Notes under the pieces: generated by a model
Databases searched by the model: none
Told to the model about the DNA's origin: nothing
What the model saw: only the letters and a program-made list of their open reading frames with translations
Assembly: GCA_963733295.1 (NCBI GenBank)
Contig: CAVTCS010000003.1
Span: 448,001-512,000 of the forward strand
DNA from: Vulcanimicrobiota bacterium
GTDB lineage: Bacteria > Vulcanimicrobiota > Vulcanimicrobiia > Vulcanimicrobiales > Vulcanimicrobiaceae
DNA: 64,000 bases
Direction of reading: 5' to 3'
In this document: positions 60,563 through 64,000 of the stretch, piece after piece
Position numbering within the stretch: the stretch's first letter is position 1
Layout: every line of letters starts with the position of its first letter
Program-made: the position numbers and the translations under genes

Positions 60563-61069
60563 GTGGATATCGTGCTCCTGGTCGTGCGGTTGATCGGTCT
60601 CGGTTTTGCGGCTCACGGTGCCCAAAAGCTTTTCGGATGGTTCGGAGGACACGGATTGGCCGGGACCGGCGGGTTCTTCGAATCGCTCGGCTGGAAACCG
60701 GGAAAGCTCTACGCCGGAGCCGCAGGGACCGGCGAGTTCGCCGGCGGGTTGCTGCTGTTTCTCGGCTTCGGCGGACCGATCGGGCCGATGCTCATGATCG
60801 CCGTCATGGTCTCTGCAGCGATCGCCGTTCACGCACCGGCTGGGTGGTTTGCACCGAACGGAATCGAGACACCCGTTCTGTACATTAGCCTCGCGTTGCT
60901 GTTTGCGTTCGTCGGCTTCGGCCCGTACAGTCTCGACGCAGCCCTCGGGCTATCGCCGTATTGGACTTTGACCGTTACCTGCGTAGCGGTCGGCCTCGGC
61001 GTACTCGGCGGTCTCGTGCCGCAGGCGCTGCGTCACAAGCCGGCGCCGCCCGACAAAGCTCCGGCCTAG
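60563..61069 (+). CDS. DoxX family membrane protein
   Basis: HGAQKLFGWFGG.G..GT, EFAGG, VH, GIE and GPYSLD; GGAGG before GTG 60563 (alternative start 60542). Confidence 0.88.
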   Translation: MDIVLLVVRLIGLGFAAHGAQKLFGWFGGHGLAGTGGFFESLGWKPGKLYAGAAGTGEFAGGLLLFLGFGGPIGPMLMIAVMVSAAIAVHAPAGWFAPNGIETPVLYISLALLFAFVGFGPYSLDAALGLSPYWTLTVTCVAVGLGVLGGLVPQALRHKPAPPDKAPA

Positions 61070-62232
61070 GCCGGGGAGGCGGAAGCGGGCGCCGGGAGCT
61101 TGCCGGTCTGCTCGAAGGCGGCGAGGATGATGTCGGTGACCACCTTGGTGCGGTAGCGGCAAGCCTGCGTTTCGCTGCTGCGAAAGGTGCCGTTTTCCCA
61201 ATACTTGTTGCTGCCCGCGCCGCCGCCGCACACGCCGAAATAGTCGCACGTCTCGCGGCAGAGCGCCACGCCGGCCTGCATGTCGGCCTGAACGCGCTGA
61301 AACTTCTCGGTGTGGCAGATCGACTCCAGCGAATCGGTTAAGACGTTGCCGAAAAAGAAGTCGCCGTACTGCTCCGTCCGCACGCCCAGCATCTCCGGAT
61401 CGAAGGTCGAGAAATTCCCTTTGTAATCGAAGTTGACGATGACGAAGGGCGCGTTCATGTCGGTCTGCGTGAGTCGCGAGTCGTAGTAGATCATATTGCA
61501 GATCGATTCGAACTCGCGCAGTTTGAAGACGCCGCCGCCGGCGGCCGTCAGCTCCCACATTCGCTGCATGAACGCCCGGAAGCGCTGGTCGACCTCGGCC
61601 TTATTTTCCAGAGACGAAACCGTGTTGAGTCCCTCGGTTTCCTCGATGTTGAAGCCGACGTCCTCGATGCCGTTCTCCGCAAAGAAGCGGTAGATCTCGT
61701 CGGCATGCTCGAGCGAGTCCTTCGAGACGACCGCGATGACGTTGAACGGAATGCCGTTCGCCTGCAGCAGCTTGATTCCGCGCATCGTCGCTTCGTGGCT
61801 TCCGGTACCCTTCCGCGTCACGCGATGCGCGTCGTGGATGAAAGCCGGCCCGTCGAGACTGACGCCGACCTCGACCTGGCGCTCGATGAAGAGGTCGCAC
61901 CACGCTTGCGTGATGAGCGTGGCGTTGGTCTGCAGCGTCTGAACGACGACGGCCTCCGTGTGGTTGTACTTTTTCGAGGCCTCGTCGATCAGCGCAAAGG
62001 CCGACTTGTAGAAGGAGATGGGAACGGCGAGCGGCTCTCCGGCGTGCCAAGCCACGGCGAAGCCGTCGCCCACGAACGGACTCGTGAAGATCGAGCGGAA
62101 GATCGGCTCGATCAGATCGAGCGAGAGCTGATTGCGGATCTGCCGGTCGGGCAGGTAGCAATAGTCGCAGTTGAGGTTGCAAAACGACGTCGGCTGGACG
62201 ATGACCAGATTGATCGGCCCGAAACGGCTCAT
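61066..62232 (-). CDS. grrM: Cyclophane-forming radical SAM/SPASM peptide maturase, GrrM/OscB family
   Basis: FGPINLVIVQPTSFCNLNCDYCYLP (CxxxCxxC), WHAGEPL, QTNATLI, GVSLDGP, FNIEETEG and FSTFDPE; SPASM region CRETCDYFGVCGGGAGSNKYWENGTF..SET.AC. Confidence 0.9.
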   Translation of the reverse strand: MSRFGPINLVIVQPTSFCNLNCDYCYLPDRQIRNQLSLDLIEPIFRSIFTSPFVGDGFAVAWHAGEPLAVPISFYKSAFALIDEASKKYNHTEAVVVQTLQTNATLITQAWCDLFIERQVEVGVSLDGPAFIHDAHRVTRKGTGSHEATMRGIKLLQANGIPFNVIAVVSKDSLEHADEIYRFFAENGIEDVGFNIEETEGLNTVSSLENKAEVDQRFRAFMQRMWELTAAGGGVFKLREFESICNMIYYDSRLTQTDMNAPFVIVNFDYKGNFSTFDPEMLGVRTEQYGDFFFGNVLTDSLESICHTEKFQRVQADMQAGVALCRETCDYFGVCGGGAGSNKYWENGTFRSSETQACRYRTKVVTDIILAAFEQTGKLPAPASASPA

Positions 62233-62256
62233 AGCGTTCGAAAGGGAATCCGCGGG

Positions 62257-62866
62257 CTAGCGGTTATAGAAGCCGCCGCCGTTACGGAACGAGCCGCCGC
62301 CGTTATGGAAGCCGTTGCCGCCGTTCTTGAACGCACCGCTGCCGCCGTTCTTAAAAGCACCGTTCCCGCCACCGTTGCCCCAGCCGCCCACGTTGTTTTT
62401 CCAGCCGTTGTAACTGTTCCGGAAGCCCGCCGAATTGTTCCGGAAGCCCGCGCCGGTATTGTAGAATGCACCGTGGTTGATCCACCCCGGATATGCGTTG
62501 CGCCATCCCCCATAGTAGTTGCGAAACGCGGGAGCGTTATTCAGGAAGTGGATCCCGGCGTTGTTCCAAATGCCGACGTTGTACCAAGCCGGAACAGCGT
62601 TGCGAAAGCCGTAGGTGGCGTTGCGAAAGGTCGGCGCATAGTTGAGGAAGGCCTGCGCCACGAGGACGGGGCCGTCCGGCGGTTTCGAGGGGCGCGCCGA
62701 GGACGTCCTCTCGATTTCGAATGGCATCGGAGAGCGCACCCAGCCGCGCGTCGATCGAAGCTTTCTCATTGTCCGCTTGGACGGGCTCGGCGTCGGCCTG
62801 CGGGATCATCGTCCCGCACAACGTGAGCATCAGCCCGACTAACCCTGCGCGGTGACCGATCTTCAT
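62257..62866 (-). CDS. grrA: GrrA/OscA-like RiPP precursor with 19 (F/W)-X-N motifs, split by one extra base near 62675-62692
   Basis: Leader frame: MKIGHRAGLVGLMLTLCGTMIPQADA...SIDARLGALSDAIRNRE. Core frame: ...VAQAFLNYAPTFRN...GGGFYNR*. The span is 610 nt = 203 codons + 1, and it ends 24 bp before the maturase ATG. Confidence 0.85.
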
Positions 62867-62944
62867 GGAAAGTCTCCCGGGAAAAGGGTGCGCGTGGAGC
62901 GTCATCCTCGCGGGGGCGCCCCGTCTCCTCCCGTAAGGATGAGA

Positions 62945-62989
62945 GAAGGCTTAGAGGAATCGATCCAGCGAGCGAAGGCTTAGGGAATC
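62945..62989. repeat. Near-perfect 16/17-bp direct repeat upstream of the RiPP precursor
   Basis: gaaggcttagaggaatc (62945-62961) and gaaggcttagggaatc (62974-62989). Confidence 0.75.
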
Positions 62990-64000
62990 TAGTTCTGCCC
63001 GATCAGCTCGAACAGGGCTGCCGCGCCCATGCCGCCGCCCACGCACATCGTCACGACGACGTTTTTGGCTTTCCGGCGCTGCCCCTCGAGAATCGCGTGC
63101 AGGGTCAGCCGTGCTCCGCTCATTCCGTACGGGTGGCCGATCGAAATGGCTCCCCCGTCCACGTTGAAGCGCTCGTTGGGAATTCCCAGCTTGTCGCGGC
63201 AATAGATCGTCTGCACCGCGAACGCTTCATTCAACTCCCACAGATCGATGTCGTCGATTCCCAGGTTGTGCCGCTCGAGAAGTTTGGGGATCGCGAAGAC
63301 CGGACCGATCCCCATCTCGTCCGGTTTGACTCCCGCGACCGCCATGCCGCGGTAGTAGGCAAGCGGTTTGAGGTCGTGCTTCTCGGCGTAGTCGTAGCTG
63401 GTCACGACGACCGCGGCCGCTCCGTCGGAAAGCTGGCTCGAGTTACCGGCGGTGATCGACGACTTCGGATTCAAGACACCCTTGAGCGCCGCAAGGCCCT
63501 CGAGCGTCGTATCGGGCCGGTTGCCCTCGTCCTTGGTGAGCGTGACCCGCGACTCTTTGACTTCGCCGGTTTCTTTGTTCTGTTCGTACTTCCAGGTTTC
63601 GAGCGGAACGATCTCCCGATCGAAGCGTCCTGCAACTTGCGCGGCCGCGACGCGTTGCTGACTTTGCAACGAGTACTCATCCTGGCGCTCGCGCGAAACG
63701 TGATAGCGTTCGGCGACGATGTCGGCCGTCTGCAGCATCGGAAAGAAGAGATCGGCTTCATGGCGCATCAGCCACTCTTCCGAGAAGAACTTGATGTTGA
63801 GATTGTTCTGCACGAGGCTGATCGACTCGGCGCCGCCGGCAACCATGGCTGGGGCACCGTCGACTGCGACACGCTGCGCGGCGAGACTAATCGCTTGCAG
63901 CCCCGAGGCGCAGTACCGGCAGATCGTGGTACCGGCGACTTCGATCGGCAAGCCGGCGCGAACCGCGGCGTTCCGCCCGAGGTTGTGCCCGGTCGCGCCT
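62989..64000 (-). CDS. Acetyl-CoA C-acyltransferase (thiolase), 5' end outside window
   Basis: [31 protein letters not shown] and CVGGG. Confidence 0.93.
   Translation of the reverse strand, partial: GATGHNLGRNAAVRAGLPIEVAGTTICRYCASGLQAISLAAQRVAVDGAPAMVAGGAESISLVQNNLNIKFFSEEWLMRHEADLFFPMLQTADIVAERYHVSRERQDEYSLQSQQRVAAAQVAGRFDREIVPLETWKYEQNKETGEVKESRVTLTKDEGNRPDTTLEGLAALKGVLNPKSSITAGNSSQLSDGAAAVVVTSYDYAEKHDLKPLAYYRGMAVAGVKPDEMGIGPVFAIPKLLERHNLGIDDIDLWELNEAFAVQTIYCRDKLGIPNERFNVDGGAISIGHPYGMSGARLTLHAILEGQRRKAKNVVVTMCVGGGMGAAALFELIGQN

Noticed and set aside
61066..62232. Anaerobic sulfatase maturase annotation
   Set aside because: No sulfatase is nearby, the SPASM cysteine set is reduced and of GrrM type, and a matching precursor is adjacent.
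62229..62513. 94-aa Ala/Thr-rich ORF overlapping the maturase start as an alternative precursor
   Set aside because: It is an alternative frame of the repeat core and has no aromatic-X-Asn motifs or leader.
62260..62649. CRISPR array or non-coding tandem repeat
   Set aside because: The periodicity is about 21 bp, in multiples of three, and conserved at the amino-acid level. There are no identical 25-40-bp repeats with unique spacers and no cas genes.

Overview
GC-rich bacterial chromosomal window from a diderm, since it encodes a TonB-dependent receptor. The gene content and the Pro/Ser-rich linkers of secreted proteins suggest a soil lineage such as Ca. Eremiobacterota, but that is an unverified inference. 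Most of the window is core metabolism: ATP-dependent DNA ligase, cysK, an M16 peptidase, asparaginase II, an RND pump, two LIV-type ABC transporters, metH, nagA, a cobalamin-riboswitch-led btuB/C/D operon with a divergent btuF, hflX, a complete 14-gene nuoA-N operon and a thiolase. The stand-out is at 61.1-62.9 kb: a GrrM/OscB-type cyclophane-forming radical SAM/SPASM maturase directly downstream of a precursor gene that a one-base frameshift hides from ORF callers. Once joined, the precursor is about 202 aa, with a signal-like leader and a 130-aa core of 19 (F/W)-X-N motifs at mostly 7-residue spacing. This points to a densely cross-linked triceptide RiPP in an apparently non-cyanobacterial host. 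Other oddities are an alpha/beta-hydrolase-phosphohexomutase fusion with a 15-bp repeat linker and a dynamin-like protein whose second GTPase domain is degenerate. A dense block of single-base frameshifts at 16.6-21.8 kb most likely reflects unpolished long-read sequence. No CRISPR array, rRNA, tRNA or transposase was seen.
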